This document shows, piece by piece, positions 11,895 to 23,854 of a stretch of DNA of 55,185 nucleotides. This stretch comes from Leucoraja erinacea (taxonomy: Eukaryota), in contig NW_026576340.1 in assembly GCF_028641065.1 (NCBI RefSeq), positions 62,001 to 117,185 on the forward strand. Direction: 5' to 3'. The position numbers and the translations under genes are program-made. Below the pieces are notes generated by a model. That model ran no database searches. It was not told the origin of the DNA and saw nothing but the letters and a program-made list of their open reading frames with translations. Positions within the stretch are counted from its first letter, which is position 1; each line of letters starts with the position of its first letter.

Positions 11895-12810
11895 AGCATG
11901 TTAACTGGCCATTCGGCCCAACTCATTCATGCCGGCCCTTCTAAGCTAGTCGCATTTGCCCACATTTGGGGCCATGCCCAATGTAAACATTTCCTATCCA
12001 TGTACCTGTCCAAGTGTCTCTAGTGCGGTTATAGTGCCTGTCTCAGACACATACTCTGGCAAATCGTTCCATACCCACCACCCTCTGTGTAAAGAATCTG
12101 CTCCTCAGCTTTCTATCAAATCTTGTCCCTCGCAGCTTACACCTGTGTTCTCTGCTTTTTGATTCGCCGACCCTGAGTAAGAGACTGTGCATTTTCAATT
12201 TCATAATGTTATACACCTCCATTAGATACCCCTCAGCCTCCTGCACTACAAGGAACACAATCCTAGCCTGCCCAACCTCTCCCTGTAGTTCAGGCAACTG
12301 AATCATCCTTCCACAACCAGAGAGCAGAGCTGAACTACTATCTACCTCAATGTTGACCACAGGACTATCCTTGATTGGACTTTGCTGGCTTTACCTTGCA
12401 CGTTACTATACTATACATTATTCCCTCTCAATATTTCCTGATCATGTATTACTCTGTAAATGACTCGATTGTAATCATATATTGTCTTTCTGCTGACTGG
12501 ATAGCACATAACAAAAGCTGTTCCCTGTACCTGGGTACATGTGACAATAAAGTAAACTAAACTAAACAAGGCACTCGAGTTCTGGCAACATCCTCGTAAA
12601 TCGTCAATGCACTTATTCCAGCTTACTGAAATTGTACCTGTTACAGGGTGACCAAAACACAACACAATACTCCAAGTGTGGCCTCACCAACATCTTGCAC
12701 AACTGCAACGTCATCTCCCAATTTCCAAACTCAATACGCTGCCTGATGAAGGCCATTCCACCAAGAATCTTCTTCACCAGCCTATCCACCAGTGACACCA
12801 CATTGTTGAC
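11895..12810 (-). mobile_element. Old CR1 3' fragments with a small insertion (~12300-12570)
   Basis: LVRPHLEYCVVFWSP and FFTQRVV remnants. Confidence 0.65.
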
Positions 12811-13859
12811 GGAGGTCACGGGGCATTGGGATTAAAGTGTAGAGGTCACGGGCTGTCAGGTTTAATCTTCTTAACTGGCACGGGATGTACCTGTGACAGA
12901 TTGATGGGCCGGTCCCAGGGATGGGGGATGTGCCGGCGTGCTGCGACATAATCGACTGGGAGCGGAATGTCCAGAGTTTGTGAGCACGAGAGGGAGTTGA
13001 GTGACTCTTACACAAAGCCCACGGGGCTGGACAGACTGTGCACCCCCCCGCCCCCCCCCCCCCCAGCTGAGGGGACTGTGGCCAGGGGTCAGTCTCCGAT
13101 CAAGGGGAGAAATGTCCGCACTGAGACGGGGTGGAGAATGATTGTAATCCTCACCCCCAGAGCACTGTGGAAGCTGCGTCATCGAGGACATTCAATGTTC
13201 CCGATGTATTAATGTTGCGTGGGGTTGTGGGGGATGGGAGGGACAGGGAGGTGGGGTGGAGGGGGGGTTGGGCAGAAGGTGAGGACAATGACGGTGAGAG
13301 GGAGGGGGAGGTTGGGATGAGCATCGATGGGGGATGAGAGCTGGAATAGGCAAGGAGAGGGTTGGGCCGGGCATGGGTGGGGAGGAGGAGATGAGAGGGG
13401 AGGGGAGGATGGGAGAGGCAATGGGCGGAGGGGGGGTGGGAGCAGGGGAGGAAGTGACATTAGGAGGATGGGAAGATATGGGGGTTTGGGTTTATGAGGG
13501 GTTTGTGAGGGAAGGGCTAGGGAAAGGGAGTGGATCGATAAGGGGAGGATGAGCTTAACAGGGCAGGAAGGGATGTAGAGTGACAGTTGATGAATGGAAG
13601 TGATGTTGAGGGGAGGAGAGGATGGTGAGGGGTGGTAATGGGGGAGGGGAGCACATGGAAGGAGGTGTGGGGAAAGAGGAGACAGATGGAATACCTGTGA
13701 GAAATTTGATTCACGGCACTGAGCTTCATTCCTGTGATTTGTGTCGAAGGGCCTCATTCCTGAAACGTTGCCTATGTTTCGCTCTCCACAGATGGACAGT
13801 GAAGGTGATCTACAAAGGGATCTTGATCACCTGGGACAATGGGGCCAAGAAATGGCACA

Positions 13860-14288
13860 TAGAAACATAGAACATGGGTGCAGGAGTAGGCCATTCGGCC
13901 CTTCGAGCCTGCACCGCCATTCAATATGATCATGGCTGATCATCCAACTCAGTATCCTGAATCTGCCTTCTCCCCATACCCCTGAACCCTTTAGCCCTTA
14001 TCCTTAAACTGTAACCCCTTGTTCTGGACTTCCCCAACATCGGGAACAATCTTCCTGCATCTAGCCTGTCCAACCCCTTAAGAATGTTGTACGTTTCTAT
14101 AAGGTCCCCCCTCAATCTTCTAAATTCTAACGAGTACAAGCCGAGTCTATCCAGTTTTTCTTCATATGTAAATCCTGCCATCCCAGTAATCAGTCTGGTG
14201 AACCTTCTCTATACTCCCTCTATGGCAAGAATGTCTTTCCTCAGATTAGGAGATCAAAAACTGTATGCAATACTCCAGGTGTGGTCTT
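13860..14288 (-). mobile_element. CR1 3' fragment
   Basis: ORF 13930-14181 reads LGLYSLEFRRLRGDLIETY. (ATAGAAAC)n tail. Confidence 0.85.
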
Positions 14289-14721
14289 AAACCCCTTTTT
14301 CACGGGGCGACTTGACGCAAGAGTTAACCAGAGTTGAACATCGTGGGAACCTCTTGCGATAACCGTACGGCATTCGTGGACCACCGTGGCGCAAACGGCA
14401 GGTACTCGTGTAACTTAGTGACTGGGAGAAAATTCAAACAAGCTTGAATTTCTTCAAGAGTGACTTGTACACTTGTGGTTGAACATTGCAACATTATATG
14501 CACGTAGTGGCCAGTGCGATATCCGTACTGACTCTTGCGTGTGAACTCCTGCGAACGGTGAACCCGGAAGCTGGACAGAGGGGACAGAAGGTGAGTAAAA
14601 ATTGTCTTCTGTGGGATTGAATTTAAAAAATAAAGATTTGCATCCGCATATGGACATCAATCAATGTTCTCCAGAGACCCGTGTAAAGGATTGAACTGCA
14701 CATGCTGTTTTAAAACGAAGA

Positions 14722-15440
14722 CAGACACAAAAAGCTGGAGTAACTCAGCGAGTCAAGCAGCATCTCTGGAGAAAAATAGGTGATGTTTCGGGACGAGACA
14801 CATCTTCAGACTCAATTCCGATTAGGAAGTCTGAAGAAGGGTTCCGATTCGAATCTCCACCTATACTTTTTCTCCAGAGATGCTGCCTGACCCGCTGACT
14901 TACTCCAGCTTTTTATGTTTTTCTTCCCAGATCTGACTTACCTGCTGAGTTACACCAACATTTTGTGTCCGTGTTCACTATGAACATTGAATTATTTAAT
15001 TTTAGGTAACTTACACACTCTCTCTCTCCCCCGCCCACCCCCTCCTGCCCCCCCCCCCCCCCCCCCCCCTCCCCCATGCAGTAAATGTCGGTTAACCAGT
15101 CCAAGGTTTGCAACGCTGGTTCCCTCTTGGGATCACACTATCCCTAGCCAACAATTGGCATATCAGGGAACCAAATATAGACATAAAGTGCTGGAGTGAT
15201 TCAGTGGGTCAGGCAGCATCTCTGGAGGAAAGGGTTAGGCGACATTTCGGGTCGGGACCCCTCTTCAAAATACCCTGCTGAGGTCATCTGTTGTTGGCCC
15301 TGATTTGTCCCGGTCTTTTCTTGCTTCCAGTTCCCCCCCTACAATCATCCTGAAGAAGGGTCCCGACCAAAAATGGAATCTATTCCTTTTCTCCAGAGAT
15401 GCTGCTTGGCCCGCTGAGTTACTCCAGCATTTTATGTCTA
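14722..15440. repeat. Two palindromic repeats (14722-14917, 15180-15440), probably derived from Penelope-like pseudo-LTRs
   Basis: Arms of ~90 bp (GCTGGAGTAACTCAGCG...TCTTCAGAC) are followed by their reverse complement. Other family members lie at ~2635, 20240-20400, 26390, 51490 and 52435-52680. Confidence 0.7.
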
Positions 15441-15579
15441 ACTTGCTGATTCAGACAGTTTTTGATTTACTCTGAAACACACGTTGGAAATTTAAACTTG
15501 GGCGCAACTAACATCGTCTTACCGTGGGAACTCTTTAACTCAGCGGGCAGGCAGCAGTTAATTGTTGCTCCCTTCAGTT

Positions 15580-15752
15580 TCCATATAACCATATAACCAT
15601 ATAACAATTACAGCACGGAAACATGCCATCTCGACCCTTCTAGTCCGTGCTGAACACATAATCTCCCCTAGTCCCATATACCTGCGCTCAGACCATAACC
15701 CTCCATTCCCTTCCCATCCATATAACTATCCAATTTATTTTTAAATGATAAA
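15580..15752 (-). mobile_element. Short CR1 3' end, same family as 4829-7319
   Basis: Near-identical reverse complement of ~7160-7319 with a (CCATATAA)n tail. Confidence 0.85.
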
Positions 15753-16247
15753 AACAAACGTTTCCCAGGTGGTCGGGACGGGACTGGAGTTGGGAGGGAA
15801 AGGTGGGGGAGTCGAGGGAGAGGAGGGGGAGACAGATGGGGGTGTCTTCATTTACTGGCGGCGGGTGTCTGTCACTGAAACAGGCAGGTGAGATTTCACA
15901 TCCACCTTGTGTGTGCCTCTCTCTCTCTCTCCCTCCCTCCCTCTCACACAGGCTGAGAGACTCTGCCTCAGTAACTGTGCTCACTCCATCTGTGTCTCCC
16001 ACATACACAGTAAAACTCTGCTTTGTGTGTGTATATACCAATTCAACCAAGGGAGGATATTTATAGTGTGTGAAAAAAAGTGACATCATTTGTGCCACGT
16101 GATGATTTAATTACACTTGACAGTTACAATGTCATTCAAGTTTTAACGGGAAAGCTCGGGAGACGGACAAGTCGCTCGCACAAATAACAGAAATGCCGAG
16201 TACCGTGGGAACTCTTTGTCTACCCCCCCCGTTATATCGTGTACTAA

Positions 16248-16570
16248 CACACCATCCGCATTCTTCACTGCCTGCTGCACCTGCATGCCTACTCTCAATG
16301 ACTGGTGTACCATGACACCCAGGTCTCGTTGCATCTCCCCTTTTCCTAATCGGTCACCATTCTGATAATAGTCTACTTTCCTGTTCTTGCCACCAAAGTG
16401 GATAACCTCACATTTATCCACATTATACTGCATCTGCCATACATTTGCCTACTCACCCTTGCAGTCACCTTGCAGCCTACTAGCAACCTTCTCACAGCTA
16501 ACACTGCCCCCCAGCTTCGTGTCATCCGCAAACTTGGAGATGTTGCATTCAATTCCCTCGTAAAAATCAT
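16248..16570 (-). mobile_element. CR1 RT fragment
   Basis: KCEVIHFGGKN...QRDLGVMVHQSL. Confidence 0.8.
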
Positions 16571-16573
16571 TAA

Positions 16574-17828
16574 TCTATATTACTAAAAGTCTGTTCTTGA
16601 CCGGATTTGGCGAACTGTGCTGCGATATCCGAGAGAACGCCGCCACCTACGGCCGTCATTTTCGGCCACCTTGCTCAGAGCCCCCCTCCGCCGAATATGT
16701 GCTGAGGATTTTGCCCGTCGATGAAAAATGACAGAGATATTAATGATTTTACAAAATTCCCCATTCTCTCCCCTCCCTCTCCTCTCCTCTCACCCCTCTC
16801 TCCCACCTCACCCCCCCCTCTCCCCCCCTCTCTCTCCCCCCCCCTCTCCCCCCTCTCCCCTCTCCCCCACCCCCCCCCCCCCTCTCTCCCCCCCTCTCCC
16901 CCCCTCCTCTCCCCCCTCCTCTCCCCCCTCCTCTCCCCCCTCTCTTCTCCCCCTCTCCTCTCCCCCCTCCTCTACCCCTCTCCTCTCCCCCCTCCCCCTC
17001 TCCTCTTCCCCCCTTCCCCCTCTCTCTCCCCCCTCTTTTTCTCCTCCATCCCCTCCCCACAATTCCCTCCCCCTAAACCCACACCCCTACTCCCCTTCCC
17101 TCCACCCTTCTCCCCCTCCCTGCTCCCCACCTCTCCCCCTCCCTCTCAGCACACACCCCTCTCTCTCCCCCCCCTCTCCCCCTCCTCTTCCTCCCCCCCC
17201 CCACCCCCTCTCCCCCCCCCCCCTCCCGCTCCCCCCCCCCCCCCCCTCCTCCCTCCCCCCCCTCTCCTCCCCCCTCTCTCTCCTCCCCCTCCACTCCCCC
17301 TCTTCCCTCCCCACTCTCCCCCCCCTCTCTTTCTCCCCCCCCCTCCCTCCTCCCCTCACTCCCCTAAACCCCCTCCCCTCCACACCCCCCCTACCCTCTT
17401 CCCTCCCACCCTCCCCCCTACCACCCCCTCCCTGCTCCCCACCTCTCCCTCTCAGCACCCCGTCTCTCTTCCCTTCACTCTCACCCTCTCTCTCTCTCTC
17501 TCCTCCCCTCCTCCCCCACCTTTCCCCCTCTCCCACCCTCCCTCTTCTCCTCCTCTTCACCCCCCTCTCCCTCATTCCCCTCTCTCTCTGTCTGTCTCTC
17601 TCTCTATCTCTCTGCCCCTTCTCTCTCTGCCCTCACTCTCTACCCCTGCCCCCCCCCCCCCGTCCTCTCTAGATGTGACTGCAAGTTGGGGTCTATGCGT
17701 CAGTAGATAGGGTGGTTATGGGGTAAAAGGAGCAAATTAATAATATTAATATAATATCAAGGGGGTAATTAGCGTGAGTGCGGGGGGGGGGGGGGGATAC
17801 TTAGTGTGTGTGACTCTGCATGCCGCAC

Positions 17829-17860
<32 letters not shown>

Positions 17861-17909
17861 ACGACCGCACGTTGGGGGAACAGACCCAACGGGTCTGCAC
17901 TTGGTCTAG
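16574..17909 (+). mobile_element. Non-autonomous Helitron with an internal polypyrimidine expansion (~16765-17665)
   Basis: 5' end A|TCTATATTACTAAAA. 3' hairpin CAGACCC-AAC-GGGTCTG (17881-17897) followed by CTAG|T. Inserted between A and T with no TSD. Confidence 0.8.
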
Positions 17910-17911
17910 TA

Positions 17912-18732
17912 TCAGGGTCTGTGTGTCAGGGTGTGTGTCAGTGTCTGTGTCAGTGTCTGTGTCATGGTCTGTCAGGGTCTGTGTCAGGGTCTGTGTCAGG
18001 GTCTGTGTCAGGGTGTGTGTGTCAGGGTCTGTGTGTCTGTGTCAGGGTCTGTGTCAGGGTCTGTGTCAGGGTCTGTGTGTCAGGGTCTGTGTCAGGGTCT
18101 GTGTCAGGGTCTGTGTCAGGGTCTGTGTCAGGGTCTGTGTCAGGGTCTGTGTGTCGGGGTCTGTGTGTCGGGGGTCTGTGTCGGGGTCTGTGTCGGGGTC
18201 TGGGTCGGGTCTGTGTGTGTCGGGGTCTGTGTGTCGGGGTCTGTGTGTCGGGGTCTGTGTGTCGGGGTCTGTGTCGGGGTCTGTGTCGGGTGTCTGTGTC
18301 GGGGTCTGTGTGTCGGGGTCTGTGTCGGGGTCTGTGTGTCAGGGTCTGTGTCGGGGGGGTCGGGGTGTGTGTCGGGGTCTGTGTCGGGGTCTGTGTCGGT
18401 GGGTCTGTGTGTCGGGGTCTGTGTCGGGGTCTGTGTGTCGGGGTCTGTGTGTCGGGGTCTGTGTGTCGGGGTCTGTGTCGGGGTCTGTGTCGGGGTCTGT
18501 GTGTCAGGGTCTGTGTCGGGGTCTGTGTCGGGGTCTGTGTCGGGGTCTGTGTCGGGGTCTGTGTCGGTGTCTGGGTCTGTGTGTCGGGGTCTGTGTCGGG
18601 GTCTGTGTCGGGGTCTGTGTCGGGGTCTGTGTGTCAGGGTCTGTGTGTCAGGGTCTGTGTCGGGGTCTGTGTGTCGGGGTCTGTGTGTCGGGGTCTGTGT
18701 GTCGGGGTCTGTGTGTCGGGGTCTGTGTCGGT
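17912..18732. repeat. Minisatellite of 12/14-bp units GGGTCTGT(GT)GTCR directly upstream of the class I promoter
   Basis: About 60 tandem units. The GTCA variant dominates the 5' part and the GTCG variant the 3' part. Confidence 0.95.
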
Positions 18733-18759
18733 GGGTCCTCCCTCTCCCTCCCGCTTCAC

Positions 18760-19009
18760 ACTTTCGATTTCATGAGCTCACCTGCCGATCTCCACTCTCC
18801 CCGGCAACAGGTGACGCGACGACAGCTGTGCTGCTGATTGGACAGACTTGGCTATTTTTCACCAACTTCTCTGCCTCTTCTGCCCGGAGACCGGTGACTC
18901 CCGTGCGTTCAGGACTGTGATTGGTTTCGGACCCGACGCCGACCAATCAGCGCGGGGTGCGGGGAGTGAAGCGGGCGGGCGGGCAGTGCAGAGTGAACCG
19001 CGCATGCGC
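18760..19009 (+). promoter_or_regulatory. MHC class I proximal promoter: ISRE, S-X1-X2-Y, extra CCAAT boxes, GC boxes, NRF1-type palindrome
   Basis: ISRE ACTTTCGATTTC 18760-18771, S TCACCT 18778-18783, 16 nt, X1 CCCGGCAACAGGTG 18800-18813, X2 TGACGC 18812-18817, Y CTGATTGG 18834-18841. Further TGATTGG ~18918, CCAATCAG ~18943, GGGCGG repeats ~18973 and GCGCATGCGC 19000-19009. Confidence 0.85.
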
Positions 19010-19069
19010 CCAGGACTGGCAAACTCACTCCAACCTGGACAGTCGGTGGGACCATGCTGATGCCCGCTG

Positions 19070-19118
19070 ATGCTGATGCTGATGCTGCCCGCCCTCCTGG
19101 CTGGAGCACAGGCTGCAG
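19070..19118 (+). CDS. MHC class I exon 1 (signal peptide MLMLMLPALLAGAQAA)
   Basis: Hydrophobic leader ending AQAA with a phase-1 donor G|GTGGGT, downstream of the SXY promoter. The upstream ACCATG at 19054 is 1 nt out of frame. Confidence 0.8.
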
Positions 19119-19195
19119 GTGGGTGACGGGCACTGGTGGGCTGACAACCCAGCCCCCCCCCCCCCCACCCACACACACACACACAGTGGCTGAGG

Positions 19196-19790
19196 GGCCG
19201 TGTGTGGGTGAGGGTCAGTGTGTGGGTGAGGGGCAGTGTGTGGGTGTGGGGCAGTGTGTGTGAGGGGAGGGGCAGTGTGTGGGTGTGGGGCAGTGTGTGG
19301 GTGTGGGGCAGTGTGTGGGTGTGGGGCAGTGTGTGGGTCAGTATGTGGGTGAGGGGCAGTGTGTGGGTGAGGGGCAGTGTGGTGGGTGTGTGTGGGTGGG
19401 GGAAGTGTGTGGGTGTGGGGCAGTGTGTGGGTGTGGGGCAGTGTGTGGGTGAGGGGCAGTGTGTGGGTGAGGGTCAGTGTGTGGGTCAGTGTGTGGGTGT
19501 GGGGCAATGTGTGGGTGGGGGCCAGTGTGTGGGTGTGGGTCAGTGTGTGGGTGTGGGAAAGTGTGTGGGTGTGGGGCAGTGTGTGGGTGGGGGCCAGTGT
19601 GTGGGTGTGGGGCAGTGTGTGGGTGAGGGGCAGTGTGGGTGAGGGGCAGTGTGTGGGTGGGGGCCAGTGTGTGGGTCAGTGTGTGGGTGTGGGAAAGGTG
19701 TGTGGGTGAGGGGCAGTGTGTGGGTGAGGGTCAGTGTGTGGGTGAGGGGCAGTGTGTGGGTGAGGGGCAGTGTGTGGGTGAGGGTCAGTT
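19196..19790. repeat. G-rich ~18-bp minisatellite (GGGGCAGTGTGTGGGTGW) at the start of intron 1
   Basis: About 30 tandem units. Confidence 0.9.
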
Positions 19791-20477
19791 TTGGGCTGGG
19801 CACCTTGTTCCGATCAGGGGATGAGGGGGGTCAGTGGTCAGATGGGGACATGGTTCACCAGTCAGTGGGTGAGGGTCAATGTCGGGCTGGGCACAGCATA
19901 ACAACCCCTGGTACGTTGAAACAGGGAGATCAGGAGGGTAAATAGTGGAGATCAGAGATTTGGCAGATAAGGTAAAGGAGTATCCTGAGAGTTTCTTCAA
20001 GTACGTAAAGAGCAACATTGTAATTATTGAGAGATTAGAATCCGTGCAGGATGAATATGATGGTCTGTGTGTAAATCCACATGAGATCGGCGAGGTTGCA
20101 TCTGTATTTACAGTAAAAAGGTTATAGAAGCCAAGAATTACAGGAAATGAACAGCCATGTCTTGGAGTGAATCCACATTATAAAGGAGATGGTGCTGTAG
20201 AAACAAAGAACTAGATGCTGGTTGGTTATTACACAAGAGGACATAAAGTGCTGGAGTAACTCAACAGGTCAGGCAGCATTTCTGGAGAGTCTGAAGAATG
20301 ATGTCAGCCCAAAATGTCACCTACTAATGAAGTAGGATCTCGACCCAAAACGTTAGCGATCCATATTCACCAGTGATGCCGCGTGATCCGCTGAGTTACT
20401 TTGTCTTCTTTTTTTTAAATGGCATATCAAGGTGGATAAATACCTAAAGACTGTTTCACATATATCCTTGTACACTG

Positions 20478-20765
20478 GGTGGCACAGCAGTAGAGCTACT
20501 GTTTTACAGAGACCCGGGTTCGATTCTGACTCCGGGTGCTGTCTGTGCGGAGTTTATACGTTCTCCCTGAGAACCTGAGTTTTTTTTCTCAGAGAACTTC
20601 GGTTTCCGCCCAAGCTCCATAGTAGATCAGGTTTATAGGTTAATTGGCTTGGTGTAAAAATAAATTGTCCCAAATGTGTAGAATCGTGTGAGTGAACGGG
20701 GATCGCTAATCAGTACGGACTTGGTGGGCCGAAGGGTCTATTTCTCCGTGTATCTCTAAACTAAA
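20478..20765 (+). mobile_element. Near full-length tRNA-derived V-SINE (HE1-like)
   Basis: A-box-like TGGCACAGCAGTAG, B-box GGTTCGATTC, central GAGTTTATACGTTCTCCC, CR1-like tail GGGCCGAAGGG...TATCTCTAAACTAAA. Confidence 0.8.
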
Positions 20766-20884
20766 AACAAAATTGTGGGAAGCTAGGGCAGGAATTGCTG
20801 GGGCTCTGGCAGAATTATTTGCATTATCTTTAGATACGAGTGAGCCACTTGTGACTGTTGGTGGTGATCGTCGTGTCTTTATTT

Positions 20885-21465
20885 AAGATGAGCTGCAAGG
20901 ACAAGTCAGGGCACAACAGAGCGGTTGCAGGAGGAAGTACTTGGGGAGGGGGTGGTCTGGGTGTGAAGGGATGAGTGAAGCAAGGAGTGGCAGAGGGAGT
21001 GGTCTGTGTGGAAGGCAGAGAGCAGTACTACAGGACACAGAGGAGATGTGGGTGAGGGACCTATCTATGGAAGCCAGGGGCAAACTCGTTTACATCTCGG
21101 ATGCCCTAGAATTAAAGTGTCATATTGGGAACAGATGAAGCAGAGGCAGAGACATTGGGAGCAGGGAATAGTGCATTTGCAAAAGTCTCGGTGGGAGGAG
21201 GTGTAGTGGAGATAGCTGTGTGAGTCGGTAGGTTTGTAGCAGACATCAGTCAATAGTCTGCCCCCAGTGTTGGAGACCGATAGATCACGAGAGGGGTGAG
21301 GAGCATCAGAGATAGTTCAGGTGAATGTGAGGGCAGGTGGGTTAGTGATTAAGTTAATTAAATCAATGAGTTCTGCACGGGTGCAGGAGGTAGCCCCGAT
21401 GCAGTCATTGATGTAGCAGAGCAAGAGTTGTGGGAGGTGCCAGAGTATGTTTGGAACAAGGACAA
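20885..21465 (-). mobile_element. Penelope-like element RT fragment, decayed
   Basis: The minus strand reads LLCYINDCIGATSCTRAEL (YIDD region) and TDVCYKPTDSHSYLHYTSSH..CK..IP.SQ, the PLE RT thumb motif. Confidence 0.8.
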
Positions 21466-21812
21466 ATGCTAATAATTGATATTTACAATATATATATATA
21501 TATTAACCATTTAGACGAGGGAATTATATGTAACACCTCCAGGTTTGCAGATGCCACAAAGCTGGGTGGCAGTGTGAGTATTGAGGAGGATGCTATGAGG
21601 CTGCAGGGTGACTTGGATAGGTTGGGTGAATGAGCAGATGCATGATAGATGCAGTATAATGTGGATAGATGTGAGGTTATCCACTTTGGTGGCAAGAACT
21701 GGAAGGTAGATTATTATCTGAATGGTGTCAAAGTAGCAAAAGGACGGCTGCCATGAGACCTGAGTGTGCTAGTACATCGGTCACTGAAAGTAAGTATGCA
21801 GGTACAGCAGGC

Positions 21813-23854
21813 ATAGAAACATAGAAACATAGAAAGTAGGCGCGAGAGCAGACCACCAGGTCCATCGAGCCCGCACCGCCATTCGCTCATGGCTGAACAC
21901 TAAACAGACACACTTACCCACAAACAGTAGACACAAGACACAGAACACAAGACACTACCCTCCCCTTTATACCGCTATCACCCCTCTCCACCCCAAGAAC
22001 CTCGTGATCTCCTGGGGGAGGCAAAAAACCGGATAAAAACCCAGGTCCAATTCGGGAAAAAAATCCGGGAAATTCCTCTCCGACCCCAATCTAGGCGATC
22101 GACACTTGTCCAGGAGATCACTCAGGTCTTACTATACTAACCATACCTAGGTCCATATCCCTGCCCTCTCCCCGTAGCCCCTTATCCCCTTGGCAGCTAA
22201 AAAAACCATCTATTTTAGTCTTAAATATATTTAAAGTTTCTGCTTCCACTGCTCCCTGGGGCAGTGAATTCCATAAATTAACCACCCTCTGGGTGAAGAA
22301 GTTCTTCCTCATCTCAGTTTTAAAAGAGCCCCCCCTTATTCTGCAACTATGTCCCCTAGTTCTAGTTTCCCCGATCATTGGGAACATCCTCGGGGCATCC
22401 ACCCGATCAAGGCCCCTCACGATCTTATATGTTTCAATGAGATCGCCTCTCATTCTTCTAAACTCCAAAGAGTAGAGTTCCAGCCTACTTAACCTTTCCT
22501 CATATGTCAATCCCCTCATTGCAGGAATTAATCTTGTAAACCTTCGCTGCACTGCCTCCAGGGCTAGTACATCCTTTCTTAAGTATGGACCCCAGAACTG
22601 TACACAGTATTCCAAATGTGGTCTCACTAATACTGTGTACAGCTGCAGCAAGACCTCCGTGTTTTTATACTCAATCCCCCTAGCAATAAAGGCCAAAACT
22701 CCATTGGCCTTCCTGATTGCTTGCTGCACCTGCATACTAACTTTCAGTGATTCATGTACTAATACCCCTAGATCCCTTTGCGTTGCATTACAACGCAGCT
22801 CCTCCTCATTTAGAAAATAACTTGCCCTATCATTTTTTTCCCAAAGTGAATGACTTCACATTTATTAGTATTAAATTTCATCTGCCAAGTTGTTGCCCAC
22901 TCACCTAGCTTATCTATATCCTTTTGCAGACTCTTCCTATCCTCCTCATCCCCTACTTTTCCTCCCATTTTTGTATCGTCCGCAAATTTTGATATATTAC
23001 ACTTGGTTCCCTCCTCCAAATCATTTATATAAATTGTGAACAACTGGGGTCCCAGCACCGACCCTTGCGGAACCCCGCTAGTTCCCGGTTGCCATCCCGA
23101 GTATGAACCATTTATCCCCACTCTCTGCTTCCTATTTGTTAGCCAATCCTCTACCCATGCTAATATATTACCCCCAATCCCATAATTTTTTATTTTTAGC
23201 AATAGTCTCTTATGTGGCACCTTGTCAAAAGCCTTTTGGAAGTCCAAGTATACCACATCCACCGGTTCCCCTTTATCCACCCGGGTTGTTACTTCCTCAA
23301 AGAATTCGAGCAGATTCGTTAAACAGGACTTCCCCTTCACAAAACCATGCTGGTTCTGTCCGATGAAGTCATGTTTATCCAAGTGCCCCGTTAGTGTTTC
23401 TTTAATAATTGTCTCTAACATTTTACCCACCACCGATGTTAGACTAACCGGTCTATAGTTACCCGCCTTCTGTTTACTTCCTTTTTTAAATATAGGTGTT
23501 ACATTGGCCATTTTCCAATCCACTGGGACCATTCCTGCCTCCAGGGAGTTTTGGAAAATTATCACCAATGCATCCACAATCCCCACCGCTATCTCCCTCA
23601 AGACCCTTGGATGTAATCCATCAGGCCCAGGGGATTTATCCTCCTTCAGTCTCATTAATTTCCCTAATACCACCTCCTTGGTGATCTTAATAGTATTTAG
23701 CTCCTCCATTCCTACCGCCCCCTGTTTATCCAGCGTTGGAATATTTTTTGTGTCTTCTATGGTGAAGACTGATACAAAATACTCGTTTAATGCCTTTGCC
23801 ATTTCCATGTTCCCCACCAACAACTCTCCAGCCTCACCCTCCAATGGACCAACA
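21813..23854 (-). mobile_element. Young 5'-truncated CR1 LINE
   Basis: ORFs 22810-23850 (KSPGPDGLHP, QHGFVKGKSC, FADD) and 22118-22735. (ATAGAAAC)n tail. CAGGC is duplicated at 21808-21812 and 23855-23859. Confidence 0.92.

Noticed and set aside
14289-14660. Possible Harbinger-like DNA transposon end
   Set aside because: No matching second TIR or TSD was found, so it is not called.
15480-16240. Repeated TACCGTGGGAACTCTTT (~15520, ~16201) as a regulatory motif
   Set aside because: More likely the ends of DNA-transposon fragments. There is not enough evidence either way.
18733-18742. GGGTCCTCCC as NF-kB enhancer A
   Set aside because: It mismatches GGGRNNYYCC on both strands and overlaps the minisatellite edge.
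17774-18920. Cys/Gly-rich ORFs resembling keratin-associated proteins or metallothionein
   Set aside because: All three frames are open because they translate a stop-free minisatellite.
20478-20540. tRNA gene
   Set aside because: The A/B boxes belong to a SINE head and there is no cloverleaf.
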